Shown here one piece after another: positions 8,283 through 17,981 of a DNA stretch of 42,450 bases. The translations under genes were made by a program, and so were the position numbers. The DNA is from Candidatus Liptonbacteria bacterium (GTDB lineage: Bacteria; Patescibacteriota; Minisyncoccia; UBA6257; Colwellbacteraceae). A model generated the notes under the pieces. It ran no database searches and had not been told where the DNA came from. It was given only the letters and a program-made list of their open reading frames with translations. The stretch's first letter is position 1. Each line of letters begins with the position of its first letter. The stretch spans positions 1 to 42,450 of the forward strand of contig JAHXGO010000003.1 in assembly GCA_019923695.1 (NCBI GenBank), read 5' to 3'.

Positions 8283-9599
8283 ATGAAAAATAAGCAAAAA
8301 AAAAATAATAAGCAGTTTATTCTTCAGACTTTAAAAGGGATGCGAGATATTTTGCCTGCAGATTATCCTTATTGGGAGAAGGTTGAAAAAGCTTTCAAAA
8401 AAACAGCTGAATTTTATAATTTTAAATTTATTGAGCCGCCGATTTTAGAAAGGGCAGAATTATTTATTAGAGGCACTGGTGTAAACACAGATATTGTTGA
8501 AAAAGAGTTGTATACTTTTAAAACTAAGGGTAAAGACCTTGTTGCCTTAAGGCCGGAGTTTACCCCCTCTTTAATCAGGGCTTATATTGAGCATGGTATG
8601 AGTCGTTTACCCCAGCCAGTTAAAATGTGTTATTTTGGTCCTGTTTTTAGATATAGCGCTCCACAAGCAGGCAGATTTAGACAGTTTTATCAAGCTGGAT
8701 TAGAAATTATAGGTGGTGAGGCTGATCCAATATATGATGCTCAAATTATTGTCAGCGCTTTCAGATTTATTGAAGAATTAAAAATTAAAAAAATTATTGT
8801 TCAGTTAAACAGCATCGGTTGTCGGGCTTGCAGGCCTGGTTATCGAAAAAAACTTCAGGAATATTACCGCCGTTATGCTTCTTTAACAAAAACAAAGAGA
8901 AAGATTTGCAAGGATTGCGAGCGTCGGATAAAAATTAATCCTTTAAGAGTTTTAGATTGTAAGAATGAATTGTGTCAACAAACCAAAGAAAACGCGCCGG
9001 TTAGTTTAGATTATCTTTGCCTTTCTTGTCGATCGCACTTTAAGGGCGTTTTGGAGTTTTTAGATGAAATTTCTTTTCCTTATGTTTTAAGTCCGCATTT
9101 AGTAAGAGGGTTGGATTATTATAACCGAACGGTTTTTGAAATAATTGAAAGCGGAAATCCTTCTTTGGCTTTGGCCGGCGGCGGTCGGTATGATTATCTT
9201 GCCGAGTCCTTCGGTAAAAGAGCAATCCCGTCAGCTGGCGTGTCTTTGGGGGTTGAAAGAATTATTGAAGTTTTAAAATCTTTATCTCCGATTATTTTAG
9301 AAAAAACCAAAGATAAGGTTTTTATAATTCACGCTGGAGAATTAGCTAAAAAGAAAACTTTTGCTTTAATTGAAGAGTTTAGAAAGACCAATATTAAAAT
9401 ATTTGAAGCTTTAGGGAAAGAATCTCTTGAGTCTCAACTTAAAGCCGCGGACAGAGAAGAAACCAAATTTGCTTTGATTATAGGTCAGAAAGAGTTTTAT
9501 GAAGAAAGTATTATTTTAAAGGATATGGAAAACGGAGTCCAAGAAACAGTTTCGATAAAGAAAATCGTAGAAGAGGTTAAAAAAAGATTGAAAGATTGA
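8283..9599 (+). CDS. hisS: Histidine--tRNA ligase
   Basis: LKGMRDILP, class II motifs and an anticodon-binding C-terminal domain. ATG at 8283 is preferred over the upstream in-frame ATG at 8253, which overlaps lepB. Confidence 0.94.
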   Translation: MKNKQKKNNKQFILQTLKGMRDILPADYPYWEKVEKAFKKTAEFYNFKFIEPPILERAELFIRGTGVNTDIVEKELYTFKTKGKDLVALRPEFTPSLIRAYIEHGMSRLPQPVKMCYFGPVFRYSAPQAGRFRQFYQAGLEIIGGEADPIYDAQIIVSAFRFIEELKIKKIIVQLNSIGCRACRPGYRKKLQEYYRRYASLTKTKRKICKDCERRIKINPLRVLDCKNELCQQTKENAPVSLDYLCLSCRSHFKGVLEFLDEISFPYVLSPHLVRGLDYYNRTVFEIIESGNPSLALAGGGRYDYLAESFGKRAIPSAGVSLGVERIIEVLKSLSPIILEKTKDKVFIIHAGELAKKKTFALIEEFRKTNIKIFEALGKESLESQLKAADREETKFALIIGQKEFYEESIILKDMENGVQETVSIKKIVEEVKKRLKD

Positions 9600-9769
9600 T
9601 ATGTCTTTTATCAAGCTTTAGTTTTGTTTTTTTAAACAAATTGAATTAGATATGAATTTTTTTTGGGCTTGGTTAAAAATTGAGAACTAATTTTGATAGA
9701 GTGGGACAGAAGACAGGGTGTTGATACTTTTGAATAGTTTTTATTGTTTTATCCAAAATTTATAAAATT

Positions 9770-10198
9770 ATGGCAGATTGTTTATTTTGCAAAATAGCCA
9801 ATAAAGAAATTTTTTCTTATATTGTTTATGAAAATGAAAAAGTTTTGTGTTTTTTAGATATTCTTCCATTAGCAAGAGGTCATTTATTGGTGATTCCCAA
9901 AAATCATGCTGAAAATATTTTACATCTTAAAGAAGAAGATTTAACAGCAGTGTTTAAAGCGGCAAAAACAATGACTAAAAAATTATTTAAGGCTTTGAAG
10001 CCTGATGGGTTTACAATTGGCATAAATCACGGTAAAATTAGCGGACAAACAATTGATCATTTTCACTTGCACATTATTCCGCGGTTTAAAGGAGACGGCG
10101 GAGGGTCAATTCATTCTGTTGTCAAAAGTTCCTTGGCTAAAAATTTTTTAACAGAAGAATTAGAAAGCGTAAGAGTAAAAATTATTAAAGTGAAGTAA
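9770..10198 (+). CDS. HIT family (histidine triad) nucleotide hydrolase/transferase
   Basis: CLFCKI N-terminus and the triad HFHLHIIPR. Confidence 0.9.
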   Translation: MADCLFCKIANKEIFSYIVYENEKVLCFLDILPLARGHLLVIPKNHAENILHLKEEDLTAVFKAAKTMTKKLFKALKPDGFTIGINHGKISGQTIDHFHLHIIPRFKGDGGGSIHSVVKSSLAKNFLTEELESVRVKIIKVK

Positions 10199-10236
10199 AG
10201 TTTTGAATAAATTAAAAATAAATTAAAAAAGAAAAT

Positions 10237-10452
10237 ATGGGAATTGAAGTTAAAAAAAAAGAAGGGGAATCTCCGGCATCGTTGATTTCTCGCTTTATTA
10301 AAAAAGTTCAGCGAACAGGTCTTTTTTTTGAAGTTAAGAGACGAAGTTTTTCAAGGAGAAATCCTAATAAAAGATCTCGCAGGCTTTCGACTCTTTATAA
10401 AGTTAAAAAAACCGCCGAAGTAGAAAAAGCCAAAAAAGAAGGGTTGATGTAG
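10237..10452 (+). CDS. rpsU: 30S ribosomal protein S21
   Basis: 71 aa, basic; typical S21 sequence pattern (ASLISRFIKKVQRTGLFFEVKRRSF...). Confidence 0.88.
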   Translation: MGIEVKKKEGESPASLISRFIKKVQRTGLFFEVKRRSFSRRNPNKRSRRLSTLYKVKKTAEVEKAKKEGLM

Positions 10453-10515
10453 GCTTCTATTATATTGTTTATATTGAGCGGTGTGTCGTTCAATATATTA
10501 AAACTTTGTTTTGTT

Positions 10516-11022
10516 ATGGTTAAAGGACAAATTCAAGAAAAAATAGAATCAGATTTAAAAGCAGGTCTTAAAAAAGCTGATTATTTTTTAGTTGGGGTTT
10601 TAAGGCTTTTAATCGCAAGTATTCATAATGAAGAAATATCCAAGCGCGGTAAAAATCGGGCTGATATTTTAGTTGATGAGATTATGACTGATGATGAAGT
10701 TATAAGTGTTTTAAAAAAGGAAGCTAAAAAAAGAAAAGAAGCGATAGACATTTATTCTCAAACCGAAAGAAAAGACTTACTTCAAAAAGAGCAAAAAGAA
10801 TTAGAAATAATTTTTCAATATCTGCCGGAAGAACTTGAGGAAAAGGTCGTTGAAGACATAGTCAAAAAAATTATTTTTGACAATCAACAGACAGCCAGTG
10901 GTCAAAAAACAACCAAAGGGAACAGCGATTTTGGTTTGGTTATGAAAGAAGTGATGAAGGAGTTGAAAGGCAAGGCTGATGGCAATTTGGTCTCTGAAGT
11001 GGTTAAGCGTCTTTTACAATAA
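10516..11022 (+). CDS. yqeY: GatB/YqeY domain protein
   Basis: YqeY-like N-terminus (IESDLKAGLKK...LRLLIASIHNEEI). ATG at 10516 is preferred over the TTG at 10465. Confidence 0.8.
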   Translation: MVKGQIQEKIESDLKAGLKKADYFLVGVLRLLIASIHNEEISKRGKNRADILVDEIMTDDEVISVLKKEAKKRKEAIDIYSQTERKDLLQKEQKELEIIFQYLPEELEEKVVEDIVKKIIFDNQQTASGQKTTKGNSDFGLVMKEVMKELKGKADGNLVSEVVKRLLQ

Positions 11023-11092
11023 CGAGTTTTGGGGTTGAGATATTAAGTCTACGGTTTAATATGGCGAAGTAAGGCCCTGAAAGATAATTAAT

Positions 11093-11530
11093 ATGGCCAA
11101 ACAAAATTTTTATAGATTGGAGAATTTTTGTGAAAAAATCCTTTTGGAATTAAATAAATCCGGTTTTTTAATTAATGTTTATTTAGCGCCGGATGAATTA
11201 ATGCTTCAGTTAAATAAAAAATATCGGCGTAAAGAAAAAGTTGCCGATGTTTTATCTTTTAAATTTCCCGCAACTTATGGACAACAAAAAATTCCTTATC
11301 CTGAAACAGAACTATGTTTTTTGGGAGAAATTTATCTTGCCTCTAACCTTGTAAATAAAAAAAAAGATATTTTTGGACTGCCTGTTGACTATGGATTATC
11401 CGTTGGTCACAAACTTTTGATTCATGGCTTGCTTCATCTTTTGGGCTATACTCACGCTAAAAAAAGTGATAGAATAAAAATGGAAAAAAAAGAAAATCAA
11501 TTATGGCAAAAAGCATGGTCTTGGGTTTAG
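11093..11530 (+). CDS. ybeY: rRNA maturation endoribonuclease YbeY
   Basis: Zinc motif HGLLHLLGYTH. Confidence 0.9.
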   Translation: MAKQNFYRLENFCEKILLELNKSGFLINVYLAPDELMLQLNKKYRRKEKVADVLSFKFPATYGQQKIPYPETELCFLGEIYLASNLVNKKKDIFGLPVDYGLSVGHKLLIHGLLHLLGYTHAKKSDRIKMEKKENQLWQKAWSWV

Positions 11531-12735
11531 ATATAGGCTCTTCTCAAATTAAAGCTGTTTTAGCTGAAGCTACCGGAGATAAACTGCGAATTATAACTGG
11601 TTTTAGTCGGCCTTCGCTTGGATTAAGAAAAGGAACGGTGGTTGAAATAGATGAGGTCACAAAAAATATTGGCGAGCTTTTAAATGAAGTAAGATTGGTT
11701 TCTAAACCAGCCGTTAAAAATATTTATCTTAATGTCGGTATTACGGATATAAGGGCCCAAATTTCAAGAGGGATTATTGCTGTTGCCCGGGCCAATTCAG
11801 AGATTCATGAAGACGACATAGAAAGAGTTATCCAGGCTTCGCAGGCCATTAATCTTCCTCCAAACAGAATGATAATCCATACTATTACAAGAGAGTTTAT
11901 CGTTGATGGTGTTAATGATATTAGAGACCCCTTAGGAATGCTTGGTTCAAGGTTAGAGGTTTCGAGTTTGGTTGTTGACGCTTTTTCTCCGGCGGTAAAA
12001 AGTTTGATAAAATGCGTTGAAACCGCAGGTGGCGGAATCAGTGGTTTATTTTTTAATCCTTTGGCTTCTAGCCAGCCGATTTTAACAAAAAATCAAAAAG
12101 AATTAGGAGTTGTATTAATAGACATTGGTTTTGCTTCAACTAGCATTGCGGTTTTTGAAGAAAATAAACTTTTTCATACTAATATTTTTCCTATTGGTTC
12201 TGGGCATATTACAAACGACTTGGCTATTGCTTTAAAAATTCCGGTTGAAGCTGCCGAAAAGATAAAAATTAATTATGGTTGTGTTTTACCAAAAAGCATT
12301 CCTAGCCGGGAAAGCGTTGATTTAAAAAAAATCAGCGAAAATCTTAGCGGTACTCCTTCTAGGAAATTTATCGCTGAAGTTATTGAATCAAGAGTTCAGG
12401 AAATTTTTGAGTTGGTAAATAATGATTTAAAATTAATAGGGAAAGCCGCTCGTTTGCCGGCTGGGGTGGTTTTGACCGGCGGAGGAGCTAAATTACCGGG
12501 CTTAGCTGATTTGGCTCGTCAGGAGCTTAGACTTTCCGCTCAAATCGGATTGCCAAGTCCTTCTTTATTTGAAACTCAAAGCGGGGAACTGAATGAATAT
12601 ATTGAGTCGCCAGAATACGCTTTAGTTTTAGGGTTGGTTGTCTGGAGCAAAGAGTTAGGGAAAATAAAACCTCGTTCGTCAGATAATATTTTTACAAAAA
12701 TCGTCGCTTTATTTAAAAATCTTTTGCCTTCTTGA
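11503..12735 (+). CDS. ftsA: Cell division protein FtsA
   Basis: Actin-fold motifs LGLDIGSSQIKAV and VLTGGGAKLPG. Lies immediately upstream of ftsZ. Confidence 0.93.
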   Translation: MAKSMVLGLDIGSSQIKAVLAEATGDKLRIITGFSRPSLGLRKGTVVEIDEVTKNIGELLNEVRLVSKPAVKNIYLNVGITDIRAQISRGIIAVARANSEIHEDDIERVIQASQAINLPPNRMIIHTITREFIVDGVNDIRDPLGMLGSRLEVSSLVVDAFSPAVKSLIKCVETAGGGISGLFFNPLASSQPILTKNQKELGVVLIDIGFASTSIAVFEENKLFHTNIFPIGSGHITNDLAIALKIPVEAAEKIKINYGCVLPKSIPSRESVDLKKISENLSGTPSRKFIAEVIESRVQEIFELVNNDLKLIGKAARLPAGVVLTGGGAKLPGLADLARQELRLSAQIGLPSPSLFETQSGELNEYIESPEYALVLGLVVWSKELGKIKPRSSDNIFTKIVALFKNLLPS

Positions 12736-12767
12736 TAGAAGATTCTTAATTGAGTATATTTAAATAA

Positions 12768-14015
12768 ATGTCAAAAAAAAATAAAATGTCAGTAAAATTA
12801 TCTCCGAGCCGTAAATTATCTTTTAGTCGTAAAAAAATTCATATTGAAGAAAATCCACCAATTGTTGGGTTGTCTTCGGATCGCAAAAAGAAAAAAATAT
12901 CGCCTTATCTTCAAATTAAAGTTGTTGGTATTGGCGGCGGAGGAGGTAATGCCGCGTCCAGAATGAGTAATGATTTTATTAGAGAAGTGGAGTTTGTCGT
13001 TGTTAATACTGATATTCAAGATTTAGAACATTGTAATGTAAAACATAAAATTAATATTGGCAGAAATTTAACTAAAGGGTTAGGAGCGGGGATGAATCCT
13101 GAAATTGGTCGGCAAGCGGCAGAAGAAAATAGGTCTGATTTAATAGAAGCCTTGCAAGGAGCGGATATAATTTTTTTAACTGCTGGTTTTGGCGGCGGCA
13201 CCGGAACAGGCGCTACACCAGTAATAGCTGAAATAGCTAAAGAAGTTGGGGCTTTAACTATAGCGATAGTTACAAAACCATTTATTTTTGAAGGCTCCCA
13301 AAGAATGAAAATAGCCGAAGAAGGAATTTTAAAATTAAAAGATAGAGTTGACGCTTTATTTATTATACCGAACGATAGAATTTTTAGTATTATTTCCAAC
13401 GACACTTCAATAATGAAAGCATTTTTAAAAATAGATGAAGTTTTAAAAAATACCGTTGAAAGCATCGCTGAAATGATTTCTTCAGCCGGTCTTATTAATG
13501 TGGATTTTGCCGATGTAAAAACAATTATGGAAAATACTGGTTTAGCTTCGGTTGGAATCGGATATGCCGCAGGCAATGACCGAGCGGTTAAGGCGGCTAA
13601 TCAGGCGATTAATTCTCCGCTTTTGGAATTTACAATGGATGGGGCTAAAGGAGTTCTTTTTGGAATTTGCGGCGGTCATGATTTAAAAATGGTTGAAATT
13701 AATGAAGCTGCTAAAATTATTACCGAAAACATTGATCCGTCGGCAAAAATAATTTTCGGCGCTTATTATACTCGTCGGTTAAAGCCGGGCCAAATAAGAA
13801 TTAATCTTATTGCTACGGGTTTTAATGGTATTGCTCGTGAAGGTCATCATTTTAGCTTATTTTCTTCAAAATCTCATGAAGAAAGTAAAAAAATAGAAAA
13901 AGAGGGTATTTCAGGTCAGAAAGAAGAGAATTTAAAGACAGAAGAAGAAAAAATTTCAAAAAAAGAGGAGAATATTTTTGACATTCCAACTTTTTTAAGA
14001 AAAAAGCGGAAGTAA
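12768..14015 (+). CDS. ftsZ: Cell division GTPase FtsZ
   Basis: Tubulin signature GGGTGTGA plus NTD motifs; C-terminal DIPTFLRKK peptide. A ~50 aa basic N-terminal extension is present. Confidence 0.97.
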   Translation: MSKKNKMSVKLSPSRKLSFSRKKIHIEENPPIVGLSSDRKKKKISPYLQIKVVGIGGGGGNAASRMSNDFIREVEFVVVNTDIQDLEHCNVKHKINIGRNLTKGLGAGMNPEIGRQAAEENRSDLIEALQGADIIFLTAGFGGGTGTGATPVIAEIAKEVGALTIAIVTKPFIFEGSQRMKIAEEGILKLKDRVDALFIIPNDRIFSIISNDTSIMKAFLKIDEVLKNTVESIAEMISSAGLINVDFADVKTIMENTGLASVGIGYAAGNDRAVKAANQAINSPLLEFTMDGAKGVLFGICGGHDLKMVEINEAAKIITENIDPSAKIIFGAYYTRRLKPGQIRINLIATGFNGIAREGHHFSLFSSKSHEESKKIEKEGISGQKEENLKTEEEKISKKEENIFDIPTFLRKKRK

Positions 14016-14030
14016 GATTAATAAACGGAC

Positions 14031-14039
14031 TTATCCACA
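14031..14039 (+). promoter_or_regulatory. Perfect DnaA-box consensus TTATCCACA, ~75 nt upstream of nrdJ
   Basis: Exact 9-mer. The extended 13-mer GGACTTATCCACA recurs with one mismatch at 16598-16610, just after nrdJ. Confidence 0.45.
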
Positions 14040-14069
14040 TTTTCACCTTGATTGAGGGGTGGCTTTTTT
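14035..14069 (+). terminator. Probable intrinsic terminator after ftsZ
   Basis: Two-tier hairpin (CCAC/GTGG outer, CC(T)/(A)GG inner) followed by C and then TTTTTT. Confidence 0.45.
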
Positions 14070-14112
14070 ATTTTTTTAAACTACAATAATGAAGTAGACA
14101 AAAAAATAAACT

Positions 14113-16584
14113 ATGTTAAGTAAAAATACCGTGAAAAAAATAAATAAGAATCAAGATAAAAAGTGGGAAGAAAAATTTTCGGAAAACGCTTTAGAGATTA
14201 TGAAAAAACGGTATTTTTTAATTGACGAGCAGACAGGAAAACAAGAAACTTTTTTTGAAATGGTTGACCGTGTAAGCGGAGCATTGGCAGAAGCGGAAAA
14301 AAAATATGGGGGCGATCAAAAATTTATTGAAAAAACTAAAGAGGAGTTTTTTGAGGTAATGGCGAATAAGGAGTTTGTTCCCGCCGGCAGAACTTTGGCT
14401 AATGCCGGAAGTTCAACTGCCTTAATCGCTAATTGCGTTGTTTTGCCTGTTTGTGATTCTATGGAGGAAATTTTTCAGACTTTAAAAGAAGCTAGTCTTT
14501 TACAACAGACTGGTTGTGGTTTAGGTTTTGATTTTTCCGAATTAAGGCCAGCGATGACTCCAACTAAGCGTTCTCGGGGTTTTGCTTCTGGTCCGGTTTC
14601 TTTTATTCAAGCTTTTAATCAGGCCTTTTTAGTGATTAAACAACAAAACCGTCACGGCGCTAATATGGCCTTGCTTTCGGTTGAACATCCGGATATTTTA
14701 GATTTTATAAGTTGTAAAAAGAAGGAAGGAGCTTTAAAAACTTTTAATATTTCAATTAAAATTACTGATAAATTTATTAATCAGTTTTTAAAAAATCCGA
14801 ATAAACAATGGTATTGCGTTTGGAAAGATAAAAAAACAAAGCCTCGACGAATTATTCGTGATTATCACGGTGATGATAATAGTACAGTAATTGGGTCTGA
14901 AGAAGTTGATATCACCGCTAAAGAATTATTTGATCAAATTGTTGAGTATGCTTGGTTAAACGGCGAACCCGGCGTTATTTTTATTGATGAAATAAACAGA
15001 AAAAATACTTTGCCGGGGTTGGGTTTGATTCAAGCGACTAATCCTTGCGGGGAACAACCTCTTCATCCGTATGATAACTGCAATTTAGGAGCGATTAATT
15101 TAGGAGTTTTTGTGAAAAATCAAAAAATAGATTATAAGCGGCTTAAAAAAGTAACGGGGACAGCGGTTAAAATGCTTGATAATGTTATTGATCTTTTTAA
15201 TTTTCCCGTTGATAAACTTAATGAAGTAGCTTTGAAAAATAGAAAAATTGGTTTGGGGATAATGGGATTCGCCGATATGCTTTATCAGTTAAACATCAAA
15301 TACGGGTCTAAAGAAAGTCTAAAAATTGTTGAAAAAACAATGCAAACAATTCAAGAAGCCGCTTATGAAACTTCTCAGAAGTTGGCGGAAGAAAAAGGAA
15401 ATTTCCCGAATTGGCATTTAAGTATTTTCGCCAAGAAAAAAATAAAAATAAGAAATTCCTCTTTAACTACTATTGCTCCGACTGGGAGCACTTCAATGAT
15501 AATGGATGCTTCTTCTGGTATGGAGCCGAATTTTGCTTTGGCTTATGTGAAACAGGACAAAGACAACAATAAATATAATTATTTTAATGTTTATTTTGAA
15601 AAAGCTTTAAAGAGTTTAAAACTTAATGAGAAAAAAATTGAAGAGATAAAACAAGAAGTTATTAAAAAAGGATCTGTCCAACATCTGTCTTTTTTGCCGA
15701 AAAAATTTCGCGATATTTTTGTGGTGGCAATGGATTTAACATCGGAAGAACATATAAAAATGCAGGCTGCTTTTCAGAAATATGTTGATAGTTCTATTTC
15801 AAAAACAATTAATTTTAAAAATGAAGCTACTAAAGAAGATGTTGCCAAAGCTTATATTTTAGCTTGGAAATTAAAATGTAAAGGATGTACTGTTTATCGG
15901 GACGAGAGCCGTAGTGTCCAGATTTTGACAATCGGCGACAAAGAAAAAAGCGTCAATAAAAAAGATGAGGCTATTACGCAATCTCCGGGTGTTCAAGAGC
16001 AGCCACTTAAGGTAATGGTTGATAAAACAGGTATTTATCCAAGAAAAAGGCCAATGGCTTTAATAGGTAAAACTTATAGAATTAAAACCGGTTATGGAAA
16101 TTTATATATTACGATTAATAATGATGAGAATGGATTGCCTTTTGAAATTTTTGCGACTATCGGTAAAAGCGGAGGTTTTTTTCAAGAGCAGACAGAGGGA
16201 GTTTGTCGTCTTATCTCTTTGGCTTTGCGTTGCGGAATAAAAATTGAAGAAATAGTTAGCCACCTTAAGGGTATTCGTGGTCCAATGCCGGTAATATCGG
16301 AAAATGGAACTATTCTTTCTTTACCGGACGCTATTGGACGGGCTTTAGAAGAACATGTTAAATTAAACGGAAATTTAAAATCACCAATGGAATTACCCTT
16401 GGGTTGTCCTTCGGCCGCAAGTGTCGCGCTCCCGGGTATTTTTGTTGGCGCGCCAAAAGAAAAAATAAAAAAATCTCTTGCTGATTATGGAGAAATGCCA
16501 GAATGCCCGGAGTGTAATTTTGAACTTATATTAAGTGAAGGATGTATGAATTGTATGAATTGCGGTTATAGCCGTTGCAGTTAA
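14113..16584 (+). CDS. nrdJ: Class II (adenosylcobalamin-dependent) ribonucleotide reductase
   Basis: 823 aa. Thiyl-radical loop TNPCGEQPL and a C-terminal redox Cys cluster (CPECNF...CMNCMNCGYSRCS). Confidence 0.9.
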   Translation: MLSKNTVKKINKNQDKKWEEKFSENALEIMKKRYFLIDEQTGKQETFFEMVDRVSGALAEAEKKYGGDQKFIEKTKEEFFEVMANKEFVPAGRTLANAGSSTALIANCVVLPVCDSMEEIFQTLKEASLLQQTGCGLGFDFSELRPAMTPTKRSRGFASGPVSFIQAFNQAFLVIKQQNRHGANMALLSVEHPDILDFISCKKKEGALKTFNISIKITDKFINQFLKNPNKQWYCVWKDKKTKPRRIIRDYHGDDNSTVIGSEEVDITAKELFDQIVEYAWLNGEPGVIFIDEINRKNTLPGLGLIQATNPCGEQPLHPYDNCNLGAINLGVFVKNQKIDYKRLKKVTGTAVKMLDNVIDLFNFPVDKLNEVALKNRKIGLGIMGFADMLYQLNIKYGSKESLKIVEKTMQTIQEAAYETSQKLAEEKGNFPNWHLSIFAKKKIKIRNSSLTTIAPTGSTSMIMDASSGMEPNFALAYVKQDKDNNKYNYFNVYFEKALKSLKLNEKKIEEIKQEVIKKGSVQHLSFLPKKFRDIFVVAMDLTSEEHIKMQAAFQKYVDSSISKTINFKNEATKEDVAKAYILAWKLKCKGCTVYRDESRSVQILTIGDKEKSVNKKDEAITQSPGVQEQPLKVMVDKTGIYPRKRPMALIGKTYRIKTGYGNLYITINNDENGLPFEIFATIGKSGGFFQEQTEGVCRLISLALRCGIKIEEIVSHLKGIRGPMPVISENGTILSLPDAIGRALEEHVKLNGNLKSPMELPLGCPSAASVALPGIFVGAPKEKIKKSLADYGEMPECPECNFELILSEGCMNCMNCGYSRCS

Positions 16585-16674
16585 TTTTAGATAATCAGGA
16601 CTTATCCATAATCCTAAATGTATTTGGGCGCAATTGTTTGATTTCTTTGTTTAAAAATAATAAAATAGGCATAT

Positions 16675-16749
16675 TCCGGCGTAGCACAGCGGTAGTGCAG
16701 CTGCCTGTTAAGCAGTTGGTCGTAGGTTCGAATCCTACCGCCGGAGCCA
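16675..16749 (+). tRNA. tRNA-Asn (anticodon GTT), CCA encoded
   Basis: Full cloverleaf folded by hand: acceptor TCCGGCG/CGCCGGA, anticodon loop CTGTTAA, T-loop TTCGAAT. Confidence 0.93.
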
Positions 16750-16778
16750 TCTTTCGCTAAAGCTTCAGAATGGCATGC

Positions 16779-16886
16779 CTATAAAAATGTATTATTGTTA
16801 TATTCTGCTAAGTTCAAAATCACATATTTAGAGCAAAGTTCTTTATCAGTTTGATTTACTAAAGAGCAAAACGCACAATCTTTCAT
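16779..16886 (-). CDS. 35-aa ORF (MKDCAFCSLVNQTDKELCSKYVILNLAEYNNNTFL), possibly the stub of a HIT-like gene
   Basis: Starts 7 nt after the NUDIX stop. The DCAFC N-terminus resembles HIT-family N-termini. It ends ~30 nt from tRNA-Asn. Confidence 0.25.
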   Translation of the reverse strand: MKDCAFCSLVNQTDKELCSKYVILNLAEYNNNTFL

Positions 16887-16892
16887 AGTTCA

Positions 16893-17375
16893 TCAATCTT
16901 TTTTGATTATATGTGTTAAAGTGTCCAATTTGTTGTTCGCCATCAAATCCTTAACAGTGAATGGTCTAAGATCTATTTCTTTCAATTCATCAATAGAAAC
17001 CCATTTGATAAATAAGTGTTTTTCTTCACCACGATCGATTTCTATAACTTCTCTGTCAACTGTTTCAACGTCTTCTTCTAGTTCAATAATGTAGTAGTAT
17101 TCTACACCATGTTGAATAATTCCTCCTTTCTCATAGAAATTCTCTTGAATACAAAATAGATTTGTATTTTTAACGGTGTAACCTAATTCTTCCTTAATTT
17201 CTCTAGTAATAGTAGTAATAGAATCTTCGCCTATTTCAATATGTCCGCCTGGAATGTGATAATATGGTGCATTATCCACATTCATAATTAGGAATTTGTC
17301 ACTGTGTTTGATAATTCCTACAGCTCGATTATAGTAATTATAATCCTCCGTTTTAAATTTAATTTCTTGTTTCAT
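16893..17375 (-). CDS. NUDIX hydrolase
   Basis: Nudix box GGHIEIGEDSITTITREIKEELG. The ATG at 17375 is preceded by AAGAAAGGAAA 10 nt upstream. Confidence 0.88.
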   Translation of the reverse strand: MKQEIKFKTEDYNYYNRAVGIIKHSDKFLIMNVDNAPYYHIPGGHIEIGEDSITTITREIKEELGYTVKNTNLFCIQENFYEKGGIIQHGVEYYYIIELEEDVETVDREVIEIDRGEEKHLFIKWVSIDELKEIDLRPFTVKDLMANNKLDTLTHIIKKD

Positions 17376-17885
17376 TTTCAATATTTCCTTTCTTATAAAT
17401 ATTTTCAATTTGTCTTATATCCATAAAATTATTGGTTGTATCATAAACAATGCTTGCTTTTGCCCCATTGTTCAATATGCTATACAAAACAATTAAGTCG
17501 GGTTTATCGGAAGGACTCCACTTGATTATTTTACTGTATTTAGATAAAAAATCTTCATAATCTAAGTCCTTAAAATCGTTTAATATTTTAAGAATTGTTC
17601 TATTTATGTATTCCATTATAACTTTGTACCATTCTATATATTCATCAAGAGTTATAATCTTTTCATAAATAGCACATCTTAGAAAGTACGTTCTTAAATC
17701 TTCATTTTCCTTAATTGGCTCATTGTGAGTAAACTTAAACACGTTATTTTCAATATCTTCTTCAAAAAAATTGTTCTTAAATATTCTAGGTCTAAAGAAA
17801 GACCATTATGTAAAGAAGCAAAGGAATTACACAGTGTTGTTTTACCACAACAAGGCAACCCCGCAATACTAATAATTTTTGTCAT
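17359..17885 (-). pseudogene. P-loop NTPase (small kinase/AAA-like), split by a frameshift in an A7 run (17764-17770)
   Basis: N-terminal MTKIISIAGLPCCGKTT (Walker A) in one frame continues as FEEDIENNVFKFTHNEP... in the frame of ORF 17359..17742. One extra T/A in the run restores a ~176 aa ORF. SD AAAGGA lies 5 nt before the ATG at 17885. Confidence 0.65.
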
Positions 17886-17952
17886 TGTGTCCTTTCTTAA
17901 TGAATGGTTACTCACATTACAAGCTATTGTCTGATTGTTTGAAAATTTATTT

Positions 17953-17981
17953 ATTGTAGCATACTGACTGGTCGAGTTGAA
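17953..17981 (-). promoter_or_regulatory. Sigma70-like promoter TTCAAC-17 nt-TACAAT for the P-loop/NUDIX unit
   Basis: Hexamers and spacing counted by hand on the minus strand. Confidence 0.45.

Noticed and set aside
8820-9050. Cys-rich insertion in HisRS (CRAC...CKDC...CKNELC...CLSC) as an unusual zinc module
   Set aside because: Cysteine-containing insertion domains at this position (around the NPLRxLDCK segment) are common in bacterial HisRS, so this is not distinctive.
14031-14039. Replication origin inferred from the DnaA box
   Set aside because: Only one perfect and one near-perfect box are present. There is no box cluster, no AT-rich unwinding element arrangement and no dnaA/dnaN nearby.
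16575-16760. 61-aa ORF spanning the nrdJ stop region and tRNA-Asn; also 40958..41191 ORFs over the tRNA-Arg/Pro genes
   Set aside because: They overlap hand-folded tRNA cloverleaves, so the tRNA explanation is sufficient.
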